In this document: in pieces, positions 55,893 through 64,000 of the stretch
Numbering within the stretch: the first letter of the stretch is position 1
Layout of the letters: the number at the start of each line of letters is the position of its first letter
DNA from: an uncultured delta proteobacterium
Lineage (GTDB): Bacteria; Desulfobacterota; Desulfuromonadia; Desulfuromonadales; JACZKF01
Assembly: GCA_963816395.1 (NCBI GenBank)
Contig: CAWFKQ010000005.1
Location: 352,001-416,000 of the forward strand
Length of the DNA stretch: 64,000 nucleotides
Direction: 5' to 3'
Program-made: the position numbers and the translations under genes
Notes under the pieces: generated by a model
What the model was told of the DNA's origin: nothing
The model's database searches: none
Seen by the model: only the letters and a program-made list of their open reading frames with translations

Positions 55893-56585
55893 TCACATAA
55901 GCCAGAGCATCAGGAAAGCAGTGGCAAAGGAGGCGGCAAACAGGGTCATGGCGCGGCTGACATTGATCGTACCGAGAATGACCGCCGTGCCGATGAGAAT
56001 AAAAGCCAGCCGCATCCAGCTCGCCACCTCCCGGACCGGTTCGATCAGCAGCGGCGCCAACAGATAGAGGAAAAGTGAACCGCCGGCGATGATTACGGAA
56101 TAAGTGGCCAGAGAAGAGAGAGCGAAATGGCCAATCCCCTGCAGGTGACTGCGCTCGATCACCCGCAGGTGGCCGGCGGCCAGGGCAGCTTCGGACCTCT
56201 GCAGCAGGCGACCATTGCGCTGGCGTGCCAGCCGCTCGAATACCTGCCCGATTTTGCCGATGGGCAAGGCGGTCAGCACGGCCAGAACGGTGAAGGGAAA
56301 ACCGGCCAGCCCCAGATAATGTCCCATGGCTATAGCCAGAGCGGTGGCCCCGACCGCCACCTGGGTATCGTCGGGAGGAATGGCGGCCCCGATCGGCAAC
56401 CGGCCCAGCCACAGCAGTTCCACCAGGGCGCCGACCTGCAGACCCGTCAGCGGCTCTCCCAGCAGCCAGCCGACTAACGGTGCGGTGACGATCGGCCGGG
56501 AAACCATGAACTGGAAGGCCGCCGTGCGGTCCAGCCCGGCGAAAACGGATACCGCACCGGCGATCAGGTAATCGACTGCCAGCAT
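55893..56585 (-). CDS. PTS mannose-family IIC
   Basis: SRPIV, ELLWLG..PIGAAIPPD. Confidence 0.85.
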   Translation of the reverse strand: MLAVDYLIAGAVSVFAGLDRTAAFQFMVSRPIVTAPLVGWLLGEPLTGLQVGALVELLWLGRLPIGAAIPPDDTQVAVGATALAIAMGHYLGLAGFPFTVLAVLTALPIGKIGQVFERLARQRNGRLLQRSEAALAAGHLRVIERSHLQGIGHFALSSLATYSVIIAGGSLFLYLLAPLLIEPVREVASWMRLAFILIGTAVILGTINVSRAMTLFAASFATAFLMLWLM

Positions 56586-56586
56586 G

Positions 56587-57075
56587 TCATCCTTCCAGCC
56601 CACGGATCAGTTTGTGCCAGTCCTGTGGTCGATCGGCGGGAATGCACTGGGAGACGATCCGCACCCCCTCCCCTTCCAGGCCTTTCAGATTTTCAATATC
56701 CTCCGGGTCGAGAGCCAAGGTGCAAGACAGGCGCGTGGTCTTTTCACCGGCATGCATATTCCCCAGGTTGAGCTCAGGAAAGTTCACCCCCAGTCGATGC
56801 GCTCTCAGCGCATCGACCGAATTGGCGAAGAGCAGCAGGACCCGGCAGGTGGCCAGTTCCGGAGAATCGAGAACCTCTTTCGCTTCTTCAACAGTGACAA
56901 TGGCCACCCGGATACCGCGCGGCACTGCCGCCTCCATCAACACCCGCTGAAAAGTGCGTTCGGCAACCTGATCATTGGCGACCACGATGCAATTGGCCCG
57001 GATCGAGGGGACCCAGGCCTCGAGGACCTGACCGTGGATCAGCCGATTATCAATGCGGGTCAGGACGATTTTCAT
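56587..57075 (-). CDS. PTS mannose-family IIB
   Basis: RIDNRLIHGQV, LNLGNM. Confidence 0.92.
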   Translation of the reverse strand: MKIVLTRIDNRLIHGQVLEAWVPSIRANCIVVANDQVAERTFQRVLMEAAVPRGIRVAIVTVEEAKEVLDSPELATCRVLLLFANSVDALRAHRLGVNFPELNLGNMHAGEKTTRLSCTLALDPEDIENLKGLEGEGVRIVSQCIPADRPQDWHKLIRGLEG

Positions 57076-57098
57076 CGCTTCATTCCATGAAGGGACGT

Positions 57099-57500
57099 CT
57101 ATTTCTGCAGGAACTCGCTGGCCAGGGAGATGCTCTGCTGTCCATAGGCCTTGAGCATTCCCGCCAGTTCGGACAAGGACAATCCTTCCTGGGTATTGAA
57201 GAACTTCAGAATCATCGGCAGGTTGACCCCAGTCAGTACCTCAATTCGCTGGGGATCGAGGAATGACAGGCTGATATTGGCCGGAGTCCCGCCGAACATG
57301 TCGGTCATTATAACAACTCCGTCCCCGTCCGCCCCCGCCTCCGCCATGGCCTGGGTGATATTCTCCCGGATCTGTTCGACGTTGTCCTCCGTCCGGATGC
57401 AGACGGTCCGAACGCCGCGCATTGGACCAATGATCATTTCGGCAGCGTTAAGAAACTCCTCCGCCAACCGGGAGTGGGTAGCTATTACCAGTCCGATCAT
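57099..57500 (-). CDS. PTS mannose-family IIA
   Basis: IATHSRLA, DMFGGTPAN, GVNLPM. Confidence 0.92.
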   Translation of the reverse strand: MIGLVIATHSRLAEEFLNAAEMIIGPMRGVRTVCIRTEDNVEQIRENITQAMAEAGADGDGVVIMTDMFGGTPANISLSFLDPQRIEVLTGVNLPMILKFFNTQEGLSLSELAGMLKAYGQQSISLASEFLQK

Positions 57501-57503
57501 GCT

Positions 57504-58373
57504 CTATTCCTTGGCTATGTCCCTGTGAATCACCTCCAGGGTGATCCCTTCACCGGCCAGAGAGGGGCGCAACTCCTCAACGATGGCAACACTCCGGTGC
57601 CGGCCGCCGGTACAGCCGATGGCAATGGTGAGGTAACTTTTCCCTTCCTTCTGATATTGCGGCAGCAGGAACTGGAGCAACTCCCGGCAATGGCGAAGAA
57701 AGTCGCGGCAGGCCGACTGTTCCAGAACGTAGGCGCTGACCGCCCGGTCCAGGCCGGTCAACGGCTTAAGTTCGGGGACAAAATGCGGGTTGGGCAGAAA
57801 ACGGACGTCAAGAAGCAGGTCGGCATCGGCGGGAATGCCGTGGCGGTAGCCGAAGGACTGCAGCCGCACAATCATCGCGGCCGCCGAAGCCTCACTGCCG
57901 TGCGCATAGGAAATGACCTTGCGCCGCAGCTGGTGCACGGTCAGTCCGGAGGAATCGAACACCGCGGTAGCCGCCCGCCGCAAACCGGTCAGCAACTCCC
58001 GCTCCCGGGCAATGGCGGTAGGGACTCCGTCCTTCTGCACAAGAGGGTGTCGCCGGCGGGTTTCCGAATAACGCCGGATCAAGTCCTCGTCGGAGGCATC
58101 GAAGAAATAGATCTCCACCTCGTGCCCGGCGGCTCGCACGGACTGCAGGATAACGTCCCAGCCGGCAAGGAAATTGCGGTTGCGCACGTCCATGACAATG
58201 GCCACGTTTGGATTGTCTCGCACCTCCAGACCGGTCAGTTCAAGGAAGTGCGGCAGCAGGGCGAATGGCAGGTTGTCAACGACGAAGAATCCCTCGTCTT
58301 CCAGGGCACGGGCCGCCGTGCTCTTTCCGGAGCCGGACAGACCGGTGAGAATGATCAGGCGCAGTCGACTCAC
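57504..58373 (-). CDS. rapZ: RNase adapter RapZ-like P-loop protein
   Basis: GLSGSGKS, VDNLP, SETRRRHP, DVRFLPNP, GCTGGRHRSV. Confidence 0.95.
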   Translation of the reverse strand: MSRLRLIILTGLSGSGKSTAARALEDEGFFVVDNLPFALLPHFLELTGLEVRDNPNVAIVMDVRNRNFLAGWDVILQSVRAAGHEVEIYFFDASDEDLIRRYSETRRRHPLVQKDGVPTAIARERELLTGLRRAATAVFDSSGLTVHQLRRKVISYAHGSEASAAAMIVRLQSFGYRHGIPADADLLLDVRFLPNPHFVPELKPLTGLDRAVSAYVLEQSACRDFLRHCRELLQFLLPQYQKEGKSYLTIAIGCTGGRHRSVAIVEELRPSLAGEGITLEVIHRDIAKE

Positions 58374-59344
58374 TCGAGGTTATCCCCGATGATCAGGTGC
58401 GAATGTAGACGGGCCGTTTCGGCCATGCGCTCCTCCAGGCGATCTTGAAACTCCAGGGCGCTGTGATACCCCATCTCCTTGAGCAGTTGGTTGCGGGCCG
58501 CTACCTCAACGATGGTGGTGATATTGCGGCCGGGGCGCACCGGGATCTTCAGCAGGGGGATCTCCAGGCCGAGCAACGGATATTTTTCCTCTTCCAGCCC
58601 AAGCCGATCATATTCGTGGTTCTCTTCCCATGCCACCAGCTCAACCGCCAGGTCGATCTTCTTGCGTTCGCGAATCGCCGCGACGCCGAACAGGTGCTTG
58701 ATGTTGATGATCCCGAGGCCACGGATCTCCATGTGGTAATGGAGCAGGTCCATCCCCTCGCCGAAGAGCACAGAGGGGAGCTTCATCCGCACCCGGACGA
58801 TGTCGTCGGCCACCAGACGATGGCCGCGCAGCACCAGGTCAAGGGCGCATTCACTCTTGCCGATGCCGCTTTTGCCGAGCAGCAGGACGCCGACGCCCAG
58901 GACATCGACCAGTACGCCATGGATGGTCGTGGAGGGGAGCAGCCGCTCCTCGAGAAATTTGGTGATCAGGGAGATGAAGGCGGAACTTTGATGGTGGGTG
59001 CGCAGCAAGGGAGTATTGTTGCGCTCGGACTCGCGCAGCAGGAAGTCGGGAGGCACCTGCCCTTTGGTGATGATGAAGCAGGAGATATCCAGAGCGCAGA
59101 GCTGGCGCAGGTTTTCCTCTGCCCGCGCGGGCGGTAGATGCGAGAGATAACTTAATTCAGTGGATCCGAGGACCTGGATGCGGTCAGGGTGCAGGTTGAA
59201 GGAATAACCGGCCAGGGCGAGGCCGGGCTTCTGGATGCGGGGCACCTGGACCGTTCTGGTCAGCCCGCGCTCCCCCGCCAGCAGTTCCAGATCAAGTCCG
59301 GCTTCCCGTTCCCCCAGCAGCTCTTGGATACTTATTCCGCCCAT
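58370..59344 (-). CDS. hprK: HPr kinase/phosphorylase
   Basis: HGVLVDVLGVGVLLLGKSGIGKSECAL, LVADD, EIRGLGII. Confidence 0.95.
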   Translation of the reverse strand: MGGISIQELLGEREAGLDLELLAGERGLTRTVQVPRIQKPGLALAGYSFNLHPDRIQVLGSTELSYLSHLPPARAEENLRQLCALDISCFIITKGQVPPDFLLRESERNNTPLLRTHHQSSAFISLITKFLEERLLPSTTIHGVLVDVLGVGVLLLGKSGIGKSECALDLVLRGHRLVADDIVRVRMKLPSVLFGEGMDLLHYHMEIRGLGIINIKHLFGVAAIRERKKIDLAVELVAWEENHEYDRLGLEEEKYPLLGLEIPLLKIPVRPGRNITTIVEVAARNQLLKEMGYHSALEFQDRLEERMAETARLHSHLIIGDNLE

Positions 59345-59351
59345 AGCGCCG

Positions 59352-59813
59352 TTACAGTCGATCCTCCTCTTCGGCAATTATCCGGCAGATTTCCTCGCTC
59401 CCGTTCGCCTCAAGCAGCAGCTGCCGCACCATCGGACTCTTCAGCAGTTTGGAAATGCGTGCCAGCATTTTCAGATGGACGCCAACCGATTCCTCCGGTG
59501 CAACCAAGAGGAAAAAGAGGTGAGCCGGTTTTCCATCCATGGAATCGAAATCGATTCCGGCCCGACTGCGGCCGAAGGAGATCATCAGGTTTTCGATCTT
59601 CTTCAGCTTGCCATGGGGGATGGCAACGCCATCTCCGATCCCGGTGCTGCCAAGGCGCTCACGCTCCTGCAGCACCCGGACCACCTCATCGTGGTCGAGG
59701 CTGTTTTCAACCCGCAGCATGGCATCCGTCAACTCGGCCAGCACCTCGCTCTTTCCGGTTGACTTCAGGTCGGCGGCGACAGCGGCTGGATTCAGCAGGT
59801 CTGAAATTTTCAT
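59352..59813 (-). CDS. ptsN: PTS IIA-Ntr
   Basis: RERLGSTGIGDGVAIPH. Confidence 0.9.
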   Translation of the reverse strand: MKISDLLNPAAVAADLKSTGKSEVLAELTDAMLRVENSLDHDEVVRVLQERERLGSTGIGDGVAIPHGKLKKIENLMISFGRSRAGIDFDSMDGKPAHLFFLLVAPEESVGVHLKMLARISKLLKSPMVRQLLLEANGSEEICRIIAEEEDRL

Positions 59814-59877
59814 AGGGTAATCTGCAAATCTTTCCGGGATCGGGGGAAAGGGGAGAGCTCTCCCAGCGCCTGTACTA

Positions 59878-60423
59878 CTACTTCGCCTGCGGCACGATCA
59901 GACCGTAGTTGCCGTCCTTGCGCCGGTAAACCACATTGAGCTCCTCAGTGCGATCGTCGGTAAAGACCAGAAAATCCTTGTGCAGCAGGTCCATCTGCAT
60001 CACCGCCTCTTCCACCGACATGGGTTTCACCTCGAAGCTGCTGGTGCGGATGATGGTCGGGACCTGCCCACCCTCCAGGCTCTCGGCCGCCACCACGCTC
60101 TTCTCCACCCGCCGCTCGCGGCCGGCCGTCGGTTTGTGGTCCTTCAGCTTTTCCTTGTAGCGTTTGAGCTGGCGTTCGATTTTATCGACCACCGCATCGA
60201 TGGCCGCATACATATCATTGGTTTCCTCCGAGCCTTTGATGGTTATTCCCTTGGCGAGGATGATCACCTCGGCATTATGCCGAATTTTCTTCTCGACGGA
60301 AAGGACCACCTGGGCATCGATAGGTTCATCGATATATTTTTTTACCCGGGAAACTTTCTCTTCCGCATAAGCCCGAACCGGCTCGCTGGCTTCCATATGG
60401 CGGAACGTAACTGCTATCTGCAT
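59878..60423 (-). CDS. hpf: Long ribosome hibernation factor
   Basis: DMYAAID, KPMSVEEAVMQM, VVYRRKDGNYGLI. Confidence 0.93.
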   Translation of the reverse strand: MQIAVTFRHMEASEPVRAYAEEKVSRVKKYIDEPIDAQVVLSVEKKIRHNAEVIILAKGITIKGSEETNDMYAAIDAVVDKIERQLKRYKEKLKDHKPTAGRERRVEKSVVAAESLEGGQVPTIIRTSSFEVKPMSVEEAVMQMDLLHKDFLVFTDDRTEELNVVYRRKDGNYGLIVPQAK

Positions 60424-60509
60424 ATTTCCTCCTGATGATAATCCCTGTTGGGTTATTGGTAATTAAAGTATAGCGGTCTCGACGGCCATGCCAATACCGC
60501 TTTTTCCCA

Positions 60510-61964
60510 TTAAAAAAACCGCTTGCGTTGGGTGGAGGAGCCAATGCCGAGCATCTCCCGGTACTTGGTGACGGTACGGCGGGCAATGTCGATGCCATTC
60601 TGGCGAAGAATTTCGACAATTTTCTGGTCGGAATGCGGCTTCTTTGAATTTTCCCCGGCAACAATTTCGCGAATTTTGCTCTTGACGCTCTCCGAAGCGA
60701 GAGAGTCGCCTTCGGTGGTGTTTATACCGCTGTTGAAGAAATACTTCAACTCGAACAGGCCCTGGGGGGTTTGCACGTATTTATTGGTAGTGACGCGGCT
60801 GATGGTCGATTCGTGCATTTCGATATCTTCGGCCACATCCCGCAACACGAGGGGCTTCAGGTATTCGATTCCCTTATCGAAGAACTCGCGCTGAAATTTG
60901 ACGATGCTCTTGGTGACCCGATAAATGGTCCGCTGCCGCTGATGGATACTTTTGATCAGCCACACAGCACCGCGCAGCTTCTCTTGTATATACTCTCCTG
61001 CTTTTGCATCCACCGTGCTGCCGCTGGCCAGGGCATTGCGGTAAAAGGAGTTGATGCGCAAGTTGGGCAGTCCTTCATCATTGAGGACCACCATGTATTC
61101 CTCGCCTATTTTGTAGACGAAGATATCGGGAGTGATGTAATGCACTTCCTCCTGGCCATACGGGCGGCCCGGGCGCGGGTCGAGGCCGGAGATGAGTTTG
61201 GCGGCGCCCAGGACCTCATCCAGAAGGACCCCTTGCGCTTTGGCGATCGCCTGGTAACGGCGCGACTCCAGATCGGAAATATGGTCGCACAGGATGGATT
61301 CCACCAGGGTTCCCTCCATGTCGAGCTGCCTCACCTGCCGCAGCAAACACTCTTGCAGGTTGCGGGAGGCGACCCCCGGGGGGTCGAATTCCTGGACAAT
61401 GGTCAGGACTTTAGCGACCTGGTCGACAGCGGCGCCGGTGGCTCCGGCAATCTCTTCCAGGCTGGCCCGCAGATATCCATCCTCATCGATATTGCCGATA
61501 ATCTCGGCAGCGATCTGCCGCTCACCCTCGCCCATGCGGGAAAGGTTGAGCTGCCACATCAGATGGTCGGTAAGGGTGCTTTTACGGGTCAGGAGACTTT
61601 CAAAAGAAGGGCGGTCATCATCCTCCTCATAGGCATCAGATGCCGTACCACCGAGATTGTAGCCCTCCAGGTAAGTCTGCCAATCGATATCGGCCAATCC
61701 TTCTGCATCCCCTTTGACTTCCTTGATCTCTTCCGAGGCAGGTGGTGCTGCGTTTTCCTCGAAAGGCGCCGCTTCCTCAGGGGTCTCCTTCTCATCGGGG
61801 TTTTCCGCCCCCTCCTCGAGAATAGGATTCTCTTCCAGTTCCTGGCGGATGACGTCCACCAATTCCATCCGCGAGAGCTGCAGCAGCTTGATCGCCTGCT
61901 GCAACTGCGGAGTCATCACCAGTTGCTGACTCAGCTTGAGTTGTTGCCGGATCTCTAACGCCAT
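60510..61964 (-). CDS. rpoN: RNA polymerase sigma-54
   Basis: QLQQAIKLLQL, HESTISR, RpoN box ARRTVTKYRE. Confidence 0.98.
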   Translation of the reverse strand: MALEIRQQLKLSQQLVMTPQLQQAIKLLQLSRMELVDVIRQELEENPILEEGAENPDEKETPEEAAPFEENAAPPASEEIKEVKGDAEGLADIDWQTYLEGYNLGGTASDAYEEDDDRPSFESLLTRKSTLTDHLMWQLNLSRMGEGERQIAAEIIGNIDEDGYLRASLEEIAGATGAAVDQVAKVLTIVQEFDPPGVASRNLQECLLRQVRQLDMEGTLVESILCDHISDLESRRYQAIAKAQGVLLDEVLGAAKLISGLDPRPGRPYGQEEVHYITPDIFVYKIGEEYMVVLNDEGLPNLRINSFYRNALASGSTVDAKAGEYIQEKLRGAVWLIKSIHQRQRTIYRVTKSIVKFQREFFDKGIEYLKPLVLRDVAEDIEMHESTISRVTTNKYVQTPQGLFELKYFFNSGINTTEGDSLASESVKSKIREIVAGENSKKPHSDQKIVEILRQNGIDIARRTVTKYREMLGIGSSTQRKRFF

Positions 61965-62037
61965 GCGTAATTCATCACTCTGTTACTGGGTTCAGGTCAT
62001 TTGTAGGGCGGTGCTCCACCGGCCGGATAAGGGCGAT

Positions 62038-62763
62038 TCACAAACTGAATTTCTCTCCCAGGTAGATCGCCCGAGCGCGCGGACTGGCGGCAATACAAGC
62101 CGGAACCCCGTGCTCGAGAATCTCCCCCTGGTTGAGGATATATGCCTGGTCGCAGACCCCCAGGGTCTCGCGTACGTTATGGTCGGAGATCAGAATGCCG
62201 ATCCCCCGCTCCTTGAGCTGGACGATGATATTCTGGATATCCATTACCGCGATCGGGTCGATACCGGCGAACGGCTCGTCCAGAAGGATGAAGGCAGGTT
62301 CGATGACCAGGGCACGGGCGATCTCGACACGCCGCCGCTCTCCTCCCGACAGGGCATAGCCGGGGGAGCGTGCCACTCGGGTCAGGCGAAAATCCTCCAG
62401 CAAACGATCCTTGCGCTCGGCGCGTTCACCTGCTGTCAGCTGCTGCCCCTCCAGAATCGCCAGCAGGTTCTCCTCAACCGTCAGTTTGCGGAAAACCGAA
62501 GGCTCCTGCGGCAGATAAGAGATCCCTGCCCGGGCCCGTCGGTACATGGGCAGACCGGTCAACTCGAGATCGTCGAGAAAGACCTGCCCGCGATCCGGCC
62601 GGACCAGCCCCACCACCATGTAGAAAGAGGTGGTCTTGCCCGCGCCGTTCGGACCGAGCAGACCGATCACCTCCCCAGAGGCGACCTCCAGGTCCACCCC
62701 TCGGACCACCTGCCGCCCCTTATAGGACTTGTGCAGCCCGCGCGCGACCAGCCGACGGCTCAC
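62038..62763 (-). CDS. lptB: LPS export ATPase
   Basis: [44 protein letters not shown]. Confidence 0.96.
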   Translation of the reverse strand: MSRRLVARGLHKSYKGRQVVRGVDLEVASGEVIGLLGPNGAGKTTSFYMVVGLVRPDRGQVFLDDLELTGLPMYRRARAGISYLPQEPSVFRKLTVEENLLAILEGQQLTAGERAERKDRLLEDFRLTRVARSPGYALSGGERRRVEIARALVIEPAFILLDEPFAGIDPIAVMDIQNIIVQLKERGIGILISDHNVRETLGVCDQAYILNQGEILEHGVPACIAASPRARAIYLGEKFSL

Positions 62764-63269
62764 TGCTGCCCTCCCGGCGACCCTTTTTCCCCCTTGGGGT
62801 GGAAAGTTGCCTTGACCCGGGAGCCTGCATCACTTTTCACGATACTCCTGGATTCATCGAGGAAGACGGTGATTTCATCACCGGTAACCACGTCCTCCCC
62901 CTGATGCACCTGGGGAGAACCGGTGAGAACGATCTGCCCTTTCTTACTCAGATAAACCCCTTTCTGCCCGGTCGCCACCCGTTCTCCCTGGACGATGCGC
63001 ACGTCGTCGAAAGCTTCGATACGGTCGATCTCCTGCCCCTTCGGCTGCAAGGTAACCACCATTTCCCGAGCATACAGAGTGACATCCCCCTGTTTGGCCA
63101 CCACATTGCCGATGAAATGGATCTGCCGTGCGGCATCATCGGCCTCCAGGCGTTCGGAGGTGATATCGATCGGCTGCTCCTGGCGGTGAGCACCATTGGC
63201 CGGAGCCGCCATCGCAGCGACCGCCGGCAGGAGCAGGGAAAACAGAAGCAGCAATACCGCTCGCATCAC
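62760..63269 (-). CDS. lptA: LPS transport periplasmic protein
   Basis: Signal peptide, [33 protein letters not shown]. Confidence 0.88.
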   Translation of the reverse strand: MMRAVLLLLFSLLLPAVAAMAAPANGAHRQEQPIDITSERLEADDAARQIHFIGNVVAKQGDVTLYAREMVVTLQPKGQEIDRIEAFDDVRIVQGERVATGQKGVYLSKKGQIVLTGSPQVHQGEDVVTGDEITVFLDESRSIVKSDAGSRVKATFHPKGEKGSPGGQQ

Positions 63270-63844
63270 CCCGCCTTCTTCCCGTAACCGGCAATTCGAG
63301 CCTTGACCGTCGAGAGAAGGTCAACGGTCTGTTCCTGGACATTGAGACGCATACCGGTGCCCGTCACTTCCATACGATCGGAGACCAACCGTACCGGCGC
63401 ATCGGTCCGGGCGACCCGATCAGTTTCCCGGTACTGCAGCCAGTCAGTGTAGAGAACATACCCTTTTGGACTTCTGACCACCACATCACCGTTGACGACC
63501 ACCTCGCGGGTCTCCGAATTCAGCTCGCCGCTGCGGGCGGTCAAAGTGAGATCTCCCAGACCGTTCACGGAGTAGAAAGTCATATGGATATTCTCGATTC
63601 GGGTGGTCCCGGAGCCGATGTTATGGGCGGCCGAATCGGCCACCAGGGTCCAGCGCCGGGTTCCCTCACGGGTTTCGGTGTAACTGATCTGTTTCAGGGA
63701 AAGATCGACGTTCCGCGGCAGGGTTTCGATGATCTCCTGGGGGGCCGCCCCTTTGAAATTACGAGCCACCAGCACGGTCAGGCCCCCGGCCAGGACGAGA
63801 ATGGAAATAGCTAAAAGATTACGGATAGTTAACTTCCCGAACAT
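63266..63844 (-). CDS. lptC: LPS export protein LptC
   Basis: N-terminal TM helix, beta-jellyroll-like segments (TDAPV, GTGM); position before lptAB. Confidence 0.85.
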   Translation of the reverse strand: MFGKLTIRNLLAISILVLAGGLTVLVARNFKGAAPQEIIETLPRNVDLSLKQISYTETREGTRRWTLVADSAAHNIGSGTTRIENIHMTFYSVNGLGDLTLTARSGELNSETREVVVNGDVVVRSPKGYVLYTDWLQYRETDRVARTDAPVRLVSDRMEVTGTGMRLNVQEQTVDLLSTVKARIAGYGKKAG

Positions 63845-63854
63845 AGGTGCAGTC

Positions 63855-63883
63855 AGTATAACATCGTCTCGGTGGGGTGTAAA
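63855..63883 (-). promoter_or_regulatory. Sigma70 promoter of lptC-lptAB-rpoN
   Basis: TTTACA-17nt-TATACT with extended TG. Confidence 0.7.
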
Positions 63884-63925
63884 GGCGAATCTCCCGCGTT
63901 TGGCACGAGATTTGAATCGGGCGTG

Positions 63926-64000
63926 TTACCCGGAAAAATAGCGGGCGGTAACTACCGGCCATTGGCCGGTTTTCTTGAGGATAAGGTCGCAGACTTCCCG
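63926..64000 (-). CDS. kdsC: C-terminus of KDO 8-phosphate phosphatase (partial)
   Basis: REVCDLILKKTGQW...* and canonical position upstream of lptC. Confidence 0.75.
   Translation of the reverse strand, partial: REVCDLILKKTGQWPVVTARYFSG

Overview
This GC-rich bacterial window has gene content and order typical of Desulfuromonadales/Geobacterales (inference, not a database result). 1-9 kb: partial PrsK-like kinase, a quinone oxidoreductase and a Burkholderia-order L-Ara4N lipid A modification operon with split ArnA and a GTAG-type REP doublet. 9-17 kb: accessory region ending at the tmRNA 3' end, holding a candidate OsmC-family selenoprotein (in-frame TGA plus SECIS-like hairpin), a Ca/Na antiporter, PBP1B with an LpoP-like TPR lipoprotein, a lytic transglycosylase, a vapBC relic broken by an internal inversion, and an integrase N-terminal remnant. 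17-64 kb: core genes. These are smpB, panB-panC-panP with a pan RNA motif, leuACD under a Leu T-box, ilvD-ilvBNC-psd-pssA, rpsB-tsf-pyrH-frr-ferredoxin-uppS-cdsA-dxr-rseP-tsaB, lptFG, sahR-ahcY, metK and the kdsC-lptCAB-rpoN-hpf-ptsN-hprK-rapZ-ManPTS-HPr-EI superoperon. Many single-base frameshifts, including in normally essential genes, point to sequencing or assembly indels. All calls come from reading motifs by eye; no searches were run.
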